DNA of 32,000 nucleotides, taken from NCBI GenBank assembly GCA_963718045.1, contig OY970350.1, forward strand, positions 300,001 through 332,000, in the 5' to 3' direction. Positions 1-9,672 of this stretch are shown here, piece after piece. Positions within the stretch are counted from its first letter, which is position 1, and every line of letters begins with the position of its first letter. A program made the translations under genes and the position numbers. Source of the stretch: Candidatus Saccharimonadota bacterium (GTDB lineage Bacteria; Patescibacteriota; Saccharimonadia; Saccharimonadales; UBA4665). The notes beneath the pieces are model-generated. The model was given only the letters and a program-made list of their open reading frames with translations, did not search any database and was not told the origin of the DNA.

Positions 1-1249
<1,249 letters not shown>

Positions 1250-1250
<1 letters not shown>

Positions 1251-1684
1251 TGATTCGTTTTCAGCTTATATCAATTACCGGAAAAAAGTTTGATAGCGAC
1301 GTCTATGAAGTTGTCCTGCCTACTGCCGACGGCCAGATAGGCGTGCTGCCAAAGCATATGCCCCTATTTAGTGTCGTTACTAATGGGGTAATCATGGTTA
1401 GGCTAAATAGAACCGACCCAGACTATGCCCGTGAGTTCTTTGCCACCAATGGCGGCGTTATAGACGTTAACGGCAATGTCCTGCGCGTTTTAGTTGATGA
1501 AGCGGATAAAGCCGAGGATATTAACTTAGCTGAGGCTCAGGCGGCTTTAGAGCGGGCTAAAACAATGAAAGCTGAAGCCAAGGATCAAATTAGTCTGGCT
1601 CATGCCCAAAGCCTAATTGACCGCCATGAAGTCAGGCTTCATGTAGCCAGCCTAAAGCACCACCACCAAAGACCATCTAGCTAG
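1250..1684 (+). CDS. atpC: F0F1 ATP synthase subunit epsilon
   Basis: Its ATG overlaps the atpD TAA by 1 nt (TAATG). The N-terminal beta-sandwich pattern (VVLPTADGQIGVLPKHMPL) and C-terminal helical region fit epsilon, as does the canonical position after atpD. Confidence 0.85.
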
Positions 1685-2093
1685 CAGTAGGCTTAAGTTT
1701 AACCGTACAAAAAGCACATCGGGTTGCTTTAACTGGAATACTACTTAAACATTCCGGGCACTGCTTTTCTGTGGGTTCAATTGGTTTATTTCTTTTTGAG
1801 AATGCTACCAGCGAGTTAACAGGTTTTACTATCAGGAAGAAGACAATTAAGGCAATTAAAATAAATGAGACGGCGGCGTTAACCACTTCACCGTAAGAGA
1901 AAGTTGAGCCGTGGACTTTAAAGTAGTAAGTTGCGAAATTGGCCTTACCGCCGGTAATTAAAGTTATGAGCGGGGTGATCATATCTTTTGTGAGCGACTG
2001 CACAATGGCATTAAAAGATGTGCCTATTAAAACGGCGATAGCCAGATCAACAACATTCCCGCGCAGTATAAATTTCTTAAAATCTTTCCACAT
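1677..2093 (-). CDS. mscL: Large-conductance mechanosensitive channel MscL with a C-terminal CxxC...CxxC zinc-ribbon tail
   Basis: N-terminus MWKDFKKFILRGNVVDLAIAVLIGTSFNAIV is classic MscL, followed by a second TM helix. The tail reads CPECLSSIPVKATRCAFC (about 1707-1760). Convergent 8-nt overlap with atpC. Confidence 0.9.
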   Translation of the reverse strand: MWKDFKKFILRGNVVDLAIAVLIGTSFNAIVQSLTKDMITPLITLITGGKANFATYYFKVHGSTFSYGEVVNAAVSFILIALIVFFLIVKPVNSLVAFSKRNKPIEPTEKQCPECLSSIPVKATRCAFCTVKLKPTAS

Positions 2094-2297
2094 ATATAAG
2101 TCCTCTTAATATATAAATAGTAGCACTCTAGCGGCGGACAAATATGTCTTTTACGCCCAGGAACTTAACGGTGCCAAATTATATGATCCTTAGACCGATA
2201 TAGCAAATAATAGTACCTATCCATTTTTCGTCTTACTTTACAAATAGGTTATTTAAAGTTATTCTGAGGTCATAATTATATAATGGAGGTGACAAAA

Positions 2298-3023
2298 ATG
2301 TTAGGAAAACGGAAAATAGCTACCGTCGTAGCTGAGTTTCTGGGTACAGGCTTTTTAACACTGCTTGTATTAAGTGTGCAGCGTTCAACAATAGGCGTGC
2401 CATTCTTCGTGGCTCTAATTGCCGGACTGACGGCCATTGCCATGATCTTTACGTTTGGCGATTTGTCCGGTGCTTATTTAAACCCAGCTATTGCCATAGG
2501 TTTATGGACAGCAAGGCGTTTATCTACACTAAAGACAATTGTCCTAGTTGCTGCTGAGCTGCTAGGCGCTTGGGTTGCTTACTATGTTTACACCTATTTT
2601 GTTAACAGTAAGCTGACAAACATTGGTGGACACTTTAGCGGCCGAACTTTAGCTGCTGAAGCTGTTGCAACTGGTGTTCTAGGTCTGGTATGGGCAGCTG
2701 CATCATTCAGGAAATGGCCTCGAAGCATTACCGCTCCGGCAGTTGGTCTTGGCATTGTTATCGCCATGATTGCTGCTTCAACAGCCGGTATTGGACTTGC
2801 TAACCCAGCCTTAGCACTAGGTGTCAGAGCATGGGTATGGGGTACATACGTACTAGGACCAGTTATCGGTGCTGTAGTCGGCGTAAACCTTTACGGCATA
2901 CTATTTACTGACGGCAACAAGTTTGATTTTGCCAGCCTAGTAGCCATGCCAAAGACTAGCAGTTCAAAGTCTTCGGTTGTCTCTGCTCCAGCTAAGAAAG
3001 CTAAGCGAAGTGCTAAAAAATAA
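2298..3023 (+). CDS. MIP-family channel (aquaporin or glycerol facilitator-like)
   Basis: Two NPA boxes (NPAIAIGLW and NPALALGVR) and six hydrophobic segments. I prefer the ATG at 2298 because GGAGGTG at 2285-2291 sits 6 nt upstream. The ORF-track start at 2283 lies inside that Shine-Dalgarno sequence. Confidence 0.85.
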   Translation: MLGKRKIATVVAEFLGTGFLTLLVLSVQRSTIGVPFFVALIAGLTAIAMIFTFGDLSGAYLNPAIAIGLWTARRLSTLKTIVLVAAELLGAWVAYYVYTYFVNSKLTNIGGHFSGRTLAAEAVATGVLGLVWAAASFRKWPRSITAPAVGLGIVIAMIAASTAGIGLANPALALGVRAWVWGTYVLGPVIGAVVGVNLYGILFTDGNKFDFASLVAMPKTSSSKSSVVSAPAKKAKRSAKK

Positions 3024-3055
3024 CGTTAATTAGTTAACTTATTTAGCTTAAAAAG

Positions 3056-3077
3056 TGCCGCCTATAAAAGGGCGGCA
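3056..3077. terminator. Bidirectional intrinsic terminator between the MIP channel gene and the helicase gene
   Basis: Stem TGCCGCC (3056-3062) pairs with GGCGGCA (3071-3077) around an 8-nt loop. An A-run lies upstream and a T-run downstream, so it reads as a hairpin followed by a U-tract on both strands. Confidence 0.6.
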
Positions 3078-3080
3078 TTT

Positions 3081-6000
3081 TTATATCCTGTCTTCTATTA
3101 AATCCTTCTCAAATTTCTTAATGCCAGTCAGATTAGTTGGATATGCTGAAACATCCGGAAAATTAAGATCAGTAATATGCGCCCAGACGGCTTCAATGAG
3201 ACGGGTTAAGAATTCCTGGTCTTTATCTGTAAAATCAAGCGGCAGGACACTACTTGCCTTAATTTCGGGCTCAATAAATTCCAGTTGGCTAGACACTACC
3301 TTATAGTTTTTAAACCTAGTAGATCTTTCAACCAGGAGCTTATAGAAATACAGCTGGTGGCTATTTAGGTACATGCTGTCACCCTCGTTCCACTTGGTTT
3401 TAGCTTTACTGGTTTTATAGTCGACAATAGTAATTTGTTTTAGGTTATTATCTATAACTAGTTTGTCTATCTTACCGCCAATTCTAAGGCCGTTTAAAAC
3501 CGCCCCTTCGCTTCTATACTCACTTATATCTTTAAGCGATAAAATTGCCTTATTTTGGTTGTAGTAATTAGTTAGGGCGTTAATACCCTGCTCTTTTAAG
3601 AGCTTAAAGTCAGTTGGCAGTATGCGCCGTTTAGTCAGAGCTGATTCAAATTGCTCTAGCAGCTGTTTTAATGACGGCAGGCTGGCAGCTTGACTTAGGT
3701 TTTTCTGGAGCCAATCTAGACTAGCGTGTATAGCTATACCATAGTCTTGCTTTGGTGTAATCGGGGTTGCATAACCTAAGATTACTGACTTTAGAAAAGT
3801 TTCGGGACCGTCATAACTAATACCTACGAAAGTATTAAGATCAGTCGGACTTAACGAGTAGTTGCTTAGCCGGTCTTTAAGGAGAGTTTTAAGTTCAGGC
3901 GTAAGGTCTGGAATATGCTCATAGCTTTGCCATAGCGGTACAAGATTAATTGGGGTTTTGGATTCTACTGGTTTAGGTATAAGAGTTGAGTATTTAAGAG
4001 GTGTAGTTAGTTTGCCTCTTGTATCTTGGTTATAACTTAAAGTAAAGACGTTATTTTTAGCTCTGGTTAAGGCAACGTAAAGCATTCTTAGTCTTTCATC
4101 GTCACGGTCTTCAGCACCTTCTTTAATGAACTCAAGGTTTAAGGGCAAACCTATCTGATTATGAGAGGAGCGTTTAGCAGCCCAGACCTCGTTTGTATAC
4201 GAAGGTAAAATTACAGTGTCAAATTCTAGGCCCTTTGAGCCGTGAACGGTCATCAGTTTAACTTTAGCTTCGCTGCTGCCAATGTTTATATTGCTGGTGA
4301 GCTTAACAGCTGAGAGAGTCAGCTGATCAACAAACCGAATTAGGTCAGATACTAAAAGAGCTTTTGTATTATCTAAGTTAAAGTCAATAAACTGTTCTCT
4401 TAAAACAATTAGGTTTTGCAGTAATCTAGGAATAGGATCATCTTCAAGATGGCTATGGTAGTTAAGAAACGGGGATCTTGTAACTTTCTTTTTAGAATCA
4501 TTTATAACGATGTCACTCAAGCCAATTACCTGGTCAATCAAGGTGTCATAGCGGTCAATCTTAGAACTTGCTGCCAGTTTAATAAACATTAAGGCAATAT
4601 CTTTAGTTTTCGGGCTTTCAAACAGCAGTTCTAGCCATGGCGTATGTGTATCCCAGGCCTGCCAGGATAGCCGCCAGATGTCTTCTGTCGGCAGGCCAAA
4701 AAAGTCATAGTTTAATACTTGTGATAGATAAGAATCGGTTAGGTTGTTGTTTTGATCTGCTATTGCCTGGACTACTCTTAGCATGGTTATTATCTGGCTG
4801 ACTAGCGGGTCTTCTAAGATATTCTCTTTACGCTCATAGCTTATTGGTATGTTTTCGCTTGCTAAATAGGCTGAAGCTCTTTCCAGGTACTTATGTTCTG
4901 GAGCTATAACTGCTATTTCTTTATCTGGCGCATTTTTTGCCTCCTGGGCTATCCAGTCGTATTGCTCTAGCTCGTTATTACATATAAGGCTAGAAATACT
5001 GCCTGTTTCTTTTCTGACCGATTTAAAGTGCTTATTTACACCGCTCAGCAGATTAGTTAAGCGTTCCTTGATTTGCTCGGCAGTTCCAGCCGATAAGTCG
5101 ATAATATCTTGAGTAGAGCGGTAGTTATTTTTAAGCGTTATCTGCTTAACATTTTTATACTGGCTGACAAAGTTCAGCATATTAAAGTGTTTAGCTCCCT
5201 GGAAGGCAAAAATAGCCTGATCGTCATCACCAACGGCCATAACATTCGGCCGGCCTTCAAAGATATCGTTATCCGTTAATAGAGTTACCAGTTCGGCCTG
5301 GGCAGCGTTAGTGTCCTGGTATTCATCAAGCATGATGTATTGGTATTTTTCCTGCAGGTTATATTTAAGATCATTGTGATTTTTCATGGCTTCAATTGAC
5401 ATTAAGACCATATCGTCAAAGTCATATAGACCGTCTTTAGCTAGTCTTTTGATATAGCTTGAATAAAAGCCAGCGAACTTGATTGAGGTCTCATTAGTTT
5501 TTTTGCCTTTTGGAACATATAGCCCGTCTTCATCCTTTTCTAAGAACTTTAATTTCCATTTAGACAGGCTAGACGATTTTTTAGTCTCCAAACATTCGAC
5601 GATTACTTCCTCTAACTCCTGGTTCCACATGGAGGCTATAGATTCGACGCCGCCTGGCAAATTGGCTGTTTTGTCTCCTAAGATCAGCTTTTTAAAGTTA
5701 TTCAGGTACTTATTAACTGCTCGAAGTTCGTCACTTGTTAGGGAGCGTGTAATCTCACTAGTCTTATAAATAAAGTCCAGATTAGATCTAGCTACTTTAA
5801 ATATATCTTCTGGGCTAAGCAAGGCTCTTTTAGACCAGCTGATGAGATCGGCTAAATTGGTAACTAGATCAACATTTTTTAGTTCGTTGGTATACGGAAG
5901 ATCATCTAACAGTTCACGGATAATTGTTTCTGACTTTAATTTGTTTATTGGTCTTAAGTTTATGCCTGCAAAGGATTCCGGAAACTCCCGGATTATTTCA

Positions 6001-6290
6001 CTGCCGAAACTGTGATATGTACTAATGGTAATTTTGTATGCCTCATCTCCAATCATTTTAATTAAGCGGTCACGCATTTCTTGTGCACCAACTTCAGTAA
6101 ATGTTAGACAAAGGATATTGTCTGGCAGTGTGTCAGTCACTCTAAGAATATTTGCTGCTCGAAGGCTTAATAGCTGGGTTTTACCTGTTCCGGGACCGGC
6201 AATAACTAGAAGCGGACCGTCAATATAGTCAACAGCTGCCTTTTGGTCCACGTTAAGCTTTTTATACTCTTGGTTAAAGTCTGCTTGCAT
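3081..6290 (-). CDS. UvrD/PcrA/AddA-like SF1 helicase fused to a C-terminal RecB-family PD-(D/E)xK nuclease domain
   Basis: Helicase motifs: AGPGTGKT (6177-6197), MLDEYQDTN, VGDDDQAIFAFQGA, NYRS, TVHGSKGLEFDTV, LYVALTRAK. C-terminal nuclease motifs: GGKIDKL...IVDYK (DYK at 3414-3422) and QLYFYKLL. No Cys cluster is visible. Confidence 0.85.
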   Translation of the reverse strand: MQADFNQEYKKLNVDQKAAVDYIDGPLLVIAGPGTGKTQLLSLRAANILRVTDTLPDNILCLTFTEVGAQEMRDRLIKMIGDEAYKITISTYHSFGSEIIREFPESFAGINLRPINKLKSETIIRELLDDLPYTNELKNVDLVTNLADLISWSKRALLSPEDIFKVARSNLDFIYKTSEITRSLTSDELRAVNKYLNNFKKLILGDKTANLPGGVESIASMWNQELEEVIVECLETKKSSSLSKWKLKFLEKDEDGLYVPKGKKTNETSIKFAGFYSSYIKRLAKDGLYDFDDMVLMSIEAMKNHNDLKYNLQEKYQYIMLDEYQDTNAAQAELVTLLTDNDIFEGRPNVMAVGDDDQAIFAFQGAKHFNMLNFVSQYKNVKQITLKNNYRSTQDIIDLSAGTAEQIKERLTNLLSGVNKHFKSVRKETGSISSLICNNELEQYDWIAQEAKNAPDKEIAVIAPEHKYLERASAYLASENIPISYERKENILEDPLVSQIITMLRVVQAIADQNNNLTDSYLSQVLNYDFFGLPTEDIWRLSWQAWDTHTPWLELLFESPKTKDIALMFIKLAASSKIDRYDTLIDQVIGLSDIVINDSKKKVTRSPFLNYHSHLEDDPIPRLLQNLIVLREQFIDFNLDNTKALLVSDLIRFVDQLTLSAVKLTSNINIGSSEAKVKLMTVHGSKGLEFDTVILPSYTNEVWAAKRSSHNQIGLPLNLEFIKEGAEDRDDERLRMLYVALTRAKNNVFTLSYNQDTRGKLTTPLKYSTLIPKPVESKTPINLVPLWQSYEHIPDLTPELKTLLKDRLSNYSLSPTDLNTFVGISYDGPETFLKSVILGYATPITPKQDYGIAIHASLDWLQKNLSQAASLPSLKQLLEQFESALTKRRILPTDFKLLKEQGINALTNYYNQNKAILSLKDISEYRSEGAVLNGLRIGGKIDKLVIDNNLKQITIVDYKTSKAKTKWNEGDSMYLNSHQLYFYKLLVERSTRFKNYKVVSSQLEFIEPEIKASSVLPLDFTDKDQEFLTRLIEAVWAHITDLNFPDVSAYPTNLTGIKKFEKDLIEDRI

Positions 6291-6453
6291 TTATACCTAT
6301 TGTATATTGTGAGTTTAGGGTAAGCGAGTTCTTATCCGATACACGCTATTAATTCAAGTTGGCATTAGACCAGGCATTGGTTTTAATACGAGTCTTAGCT
6401 TTGCCTGATTATTTAGAAGATTTTCTGAAAATATTATTGAGTAATGTGCCCAT

Positions 6454-7029
6454 TCAACTACCTATTTGTCTGAGCCAATCTCTTATGTACATACCAACAC
6501 GTTCGGTGTCAGTTTTTTTTAAGGCACCCCCATGCATTAAGACGTTTCTCGATTTTTCAATCGTGCTAATTATTTCTTTAGCCCAATCTATATTGCTAAT
6601 ATGCGCTTCAAATAGTGGCCAGTTTCCCGAAATTATTGATACTAAATCACCAAATTCCGTGTAGTCTATCAAATTTTCGCCTCTTGCTGAATGCCATCTA
6701 ATGGATTGTTCAGAGTCCCTTCTATTCTCAGCTCTTGTACGAACTTCTTTTTTGACAGATTTTTCCCACCATCCTGTACCTTTTTCTTCCTGCATTTTCT
6801 GACTTATAAAGCCACGGACGGTATTTTCGAACGCATGGATAGCTGTGTAGACAATTGCCATTGTTTCTGCCACACCAACAATATTAGGATCCATATCGTT
6901 TAAGCCAAGTTGCACATACTGCATCTCTAGCTCTTCTGATCGCTGTTTTCGCTTATTTAGTCTACCTGCATTATCTAGTGACTCCTCGGTCACAAGAGCT
7001 CTGAAAACGTAAGAGTATAGATCAATCAT
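6454..7029 (-). CDS. Swt1-like HEPN domain protein (predicted RNase-type effector)
   Basis: Rx4H motif RNVLMH (R161-H166, bases 6532-6549). It is preceded by GWWEK and LIDYTEFGDLVSIISGNWPLF, which match my recollection of the Swt1-like HEPN family. The start ATG overlaps the upstream gene's TGA (ATGA at 7026-7029). Confidence 0.7.
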   Translation of the reverse strand: MIDLYSYVFRALVTEESLDNAGRLNKRKQRSEELEMQYVQLGLNDMDPNIVGVAETMAIVYTAIHAFENTVRGFISQKMQEEKGTGWWEKSVKKEVRTRAENRRDSEQSIRWHSARGENLIDYTEFGDLVSIISGNWPLFEAHISNIDWAKEIISTIEKSRNVLMHGGALKKTDTERVGMYIRDWLRQIGS

Positions 7030-7670
7030 AATAGGTGATCTCGCAAGCTCTTAAAAAGTGCATCAAACACTGCAGGATCTCTCGTGTCGGGCAGATGTAT
7101 CTGAATATTGTAATGTAGGCCCATTCTCCCAGCTAATTCGATATCGTTAGTCAAATTCGACTTGCTGGAATTTGTTGTCTTAACCTCATCTTTTTCTGTA
7201 TCTGCTTTTGGTGTGGCTTGTGTTGAAGGTTGATTAGATTTTTTTGCACTCCAAGATGCATAGGCCGAGAGTGCTTTAAATGTCTTTGCCATCATTGCCA
7301 GGACGTTATCTGTATATTTACCCTGCGTTAGCGTTCTAAGCTTGTTTTTGACCTCATCATCAGTTAGCCTGTAAGCCTCCACATTGACATTGAATAAATC
7401 TTCATAAGCTTCCATGATGGCTTCTGATAAAACACTTTTAGAACGTGTTTGATCCATAAAATCATAGTAGCGCTTAGTCGGCACCCCCCCCTCGTCAATA
7501 AAACCTAGACCCTTCAGTAAGCCAATATAAAGTCGATCATTTGTACTCTTGAATTCAAGGCTTTCCAGAAATTTCTGTGTAAATCGCTCAGGGGCTCTTG
7601 CGCTAATTATGCCATTAAAAAATGGTTCAAGATTTTTTGTTGTTATAAGATATGATGTTGTTAATGCCAT
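7026..7670 (-). CDS. DUF5343-like protein with an S/T/K-rich linker and a conserved-looking C-terminal module; partner of the HEPN gene
   Basis: N-terminal block APERFTQKFLESLEFKSTNDRLYIGLLKGLGFIDEGGVPTKRYYDF resembles DUF5343 as I remember it. The linker is low-complexity (SAKKSNQPSTQATPKADTEKDEVKTTNSSKSN). The C-terminus reads LHYNIQIHLPDTRDPAVFDALFKSLRDHLL. A GAGGG Shine-Dalgarno lies 4 nt before the ATG. That this is a real CDS is likely; the family call rests on recall only. Confidence 0.6.
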   Translation of the reverse strand: MALTTSYLITTKNLEPFFNGIISARAPERFTQKFLESLEFKSTNDRLYIGLLKGLGFIDEGGVPTKRYYDFMDQTRSKSVLSEAIMEAYEDLFNVNVEAYRLTDDEVKNKLRTLTQGKYTDNVLAMMAKTFKALSAYASWSAKKSNQPSTQATPKADTEKDEVKTTNSSKSNLTNDIELAGRMGLHYNIQIHLPDTRDPAVFDALFKSLRDHLL

Positions 7671-7697
7671 GATTCCCTCACTTAATTATAGTTAATT

Positions 7698-7726
7698 ATT
7701 ATATACCCATAAGGCAAACGCCACAA
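7698..7726 (-). promoter_or_regulatory. Candidate sigma70-type promoter for the DUF5343-like/HEPN pair
   Basis: On the minus strand: TTGTGG (7721-7726), a 17-nt spacer, then TATAAT (7698-7703), about 30 nt upstream of the ATG at 7670. The region is AT-rich, so a chance match is possible. Confidence 0.3.
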
Positions 7727-7924
7727 CTAGTAACCGTTATTTGATGCGTCAAACATCACAGAACTATAATATAAAGTTACCGATCTACTTCGGATATAGA
7801 AGGTCAGTTGTAGGTTTACCCGGTAAACTATCGTGCCCAATCTGACTCCAAAAACTGAATTCTTACCGACCACTCATTAATCGATATAAATTGATATATT
7901 CTAGCCAAAAGCTAGGCTAAATCT

Positions 7925-8929
7925 CTACTTATTTATGGGGAAAGACACTTCTACTTCGGTGCCTTTATCTACCTGACTTTTAACCGTTATAACTGCATCA
8001 TGGACATCGGCTATCATTTTAGCGATAGATAATCCTAGGCCATAACCTTCTTTTTCACTTTGTTTATTTCTTGAATCTTCCTCACGGTAAAACCTGTCAA
8101 AGATGTGATCAAGTGCTTCCTTGCTTATGCCGGAGCCGTCATCTTTTACCTTAAAGACCAACTTGTTGTCTTTGGCTCTAGCCTCAATCTTAACTTCTGA
8201 ACCCGATGGGCTATATTTAATGGAGTTATCTAGTAGTATGACTAGCAGCTGAGTTACGCTATCTTTATCTCCCATAAAGTGCTGGTCGACTACCTCTTTT
8301 TCAATAGTTATCTTTCTCTGTTCAGCTGACAAGGCAACTTGTTTAACTGCCAAATCAACAACCTGTTTGGAGTTAATGGGTGTAAAGTTTTGTTTTAATT
8401 CATCAGCCTCCAGACGGGATAACCTAAGCAGATTGTTAATTAGACTTTCTAGCTTATCTACTTCCTCTAAGCTACTCTGCAGTGTTGCCTTGAGCTCTTT
8501 AGATGAAGCTTTAGGGTTAAGTAGCGCTACTTCACTCTCCATTCTGAGGGCGGTTAAAGGTGTCCTAAGTTCATGGCTAACATCTGAGGTAAATCTTTTC
8601 TGCTGTTCATGGGCTTCCTCAATTGGTTCCAGCGTCCTTTTCGCTAGCCAATAGCTGGCAAGACCAGCTAGGATTAGAACTAAGATATTTAGAAAGATTA
8701 GCCTAAACAAGAGATCATGATCACTGCTAGATATATATGGTCTCGGATGAAAGAGATCGTCGTTATCAAAAACCGGGAACTGGTTATATATACTGGCCGA
8801 TTGAAGATGCAGGCTTCTAGCTATTTCATTAGACCCAATATGATAAACAACAAAACTAAACAGCAGGCTAATAAACATAACTATGCCTAAGTACCAGGCG
8901 GTTAGTTTTAAGGTTGCAGAACGAAACAT
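7925..8929 (-). CDS. Membrane sensor histidine kinase (two TM helices, short external loop, HisKA plus HATPase_c)
   Basis: H-box SHELRTPL, N-box LLDNSIKYS, G1 DDGSGIS, G2 GYGLGLS. Two N-terminal hydrophobic helices. Confidence 0.9.
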   Translation of the reverse strand: MFRSATLKLTAWYLGIVMFISLLFSFVVYHIGSNEIARSLHLQSASIYNQFPVFDNDDLFHPRPYISSSDHDLLFRLIFLNILVLILAGLASYWLAKRTLEPIEEAHEQQKRFTSDVSHELRTPLTALRMESEVALLNPKASSKELKATLQSSLEEVDKLESLINNLLRLSRLEADELKQNFTPINSKQVVDLAVKQVALSAEQRKITIEKEVVDQHFMGDKDSVTQLLVILLDNSIKYSPSGSEVKIEARAKDNKLVFKVKDDGSGISKEALDHIFDRFYREEDSRNKQSEKEGYGLGLSIAKMIADVHDAVITVKSQVDKGTEVEVSFPINK

Positions 8930-8943
8930 GGTTTCTCTTTCTC

Positions 8944-9621
8944 TTAAGTGCTTAATTTATATCCAAATCCTCTTAAAGTATGTATTAGCGGCTTCTTATC
9001 GGGGAATGGCCGGTCTATCTTGTTTCTTAAATAACCAATATATACCTCAATTGTGTTAGGCAGTATGTCTGCGTCTTCATCCCAAATATGACTGACAATC
9101 ATTTCCTTGGTTATTACCTGCCCTTGGTGATGCATTAAGTATTCTAGCAGCGAGAACTCTTTTTTAGATAGCTTAACCGGCTTATTGCCTCTTGTCACTT
9201 CATAACTTTGAGGATTAAGACTTAAATCATCAAGCGTTACAACTGAGCCAACGTTAACTGGCGGTCTTCGAAGCAGTGCTCTCGCCCTAGCCGTTAACTC
9301 ATCAAAAGAGAATGGTTTAACTAAATAATCATCAGCACCGCTGTTTAGGCCTTCAACTCTGTCGCCTATGGTGCCTCTGGCAGTCAGCATAATTACAGGT
9401 GTTTGAATGCCGCCGGCTCTAAGTTCACTGCATAGCGCAACTCCGTCCATTTTGCCAGGCAGCATACGGTCTAAAACGATAAGATCATAATCTGGATCCT
9501 GGGCATAAGCAAGGCCGCTGTCTGAATCATAAACAGTATCGACTGCGTAACCTTTAAGCTCCAGACCTTTCTTAACGGCCTGGGCTATCTTAGGCTCATC
9601 TTCAATCACCAGTATTCTCAT
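8944..9621 (-). CDS. OmpR/PhoB-family response regulator
   Basis: Receiver domain (ILVIEDE, LIVLDRMLPGKMDG, KPF) followed by a winged-helix output domain (LSKKEFSLLEYLM...TLRGFGYKL). Confidence 0.9.
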   Translation of the reverse strand: MRILVIEDEPKIAQAVKKGLELKGYAVDTVYDSDSGLAYAQDPDYDLIVLDRMLPGKMDGVALCSELRAGGIQTPVIMLTARGTIGDRVEGLNSGADDYLVKPFSFDELTARARALLRRPPVNVGSVVTLDDLSLNPQSYEVTRGNKPVKLSKKEFSLLEYLMHHQGQVITKEMIVSHIWDEDADILPNTIEVYIGYLRNKIDRPFPDKKPLIHTLRGFGYKLST

Positions 9622-9672
9622 ACGTTTAAGTATAATCTGTTAAATGAGAAATAGCTTAATAAAGAGCGGAAG

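Noticed and set aside
2283-2297. The upstream ATG at 2283 as the start of the MIP channel gene, as given in the ORF track.
   Set aside because: The ATG at 2283-2285 abuts and overlaps the GGAGGTG at 2285-2291, which is ideally spaced (6 nt) to serve the ATG at 2298. The shorter start is more plausible, though the longer one is not excluded.
7891-7921. A short hairpin (CTAGC-N5-GCTAG) just downstream of the histidine kinase stop, considered as a possible terminator separating the kinase from the HEPN module.
   Set aside because: The stem is only 5 bp and no U-tract follows on the minus strand, so it is not a convincing intrinsic terminator. Whether the HEPN pair is insulated from upstream transcription remains open.
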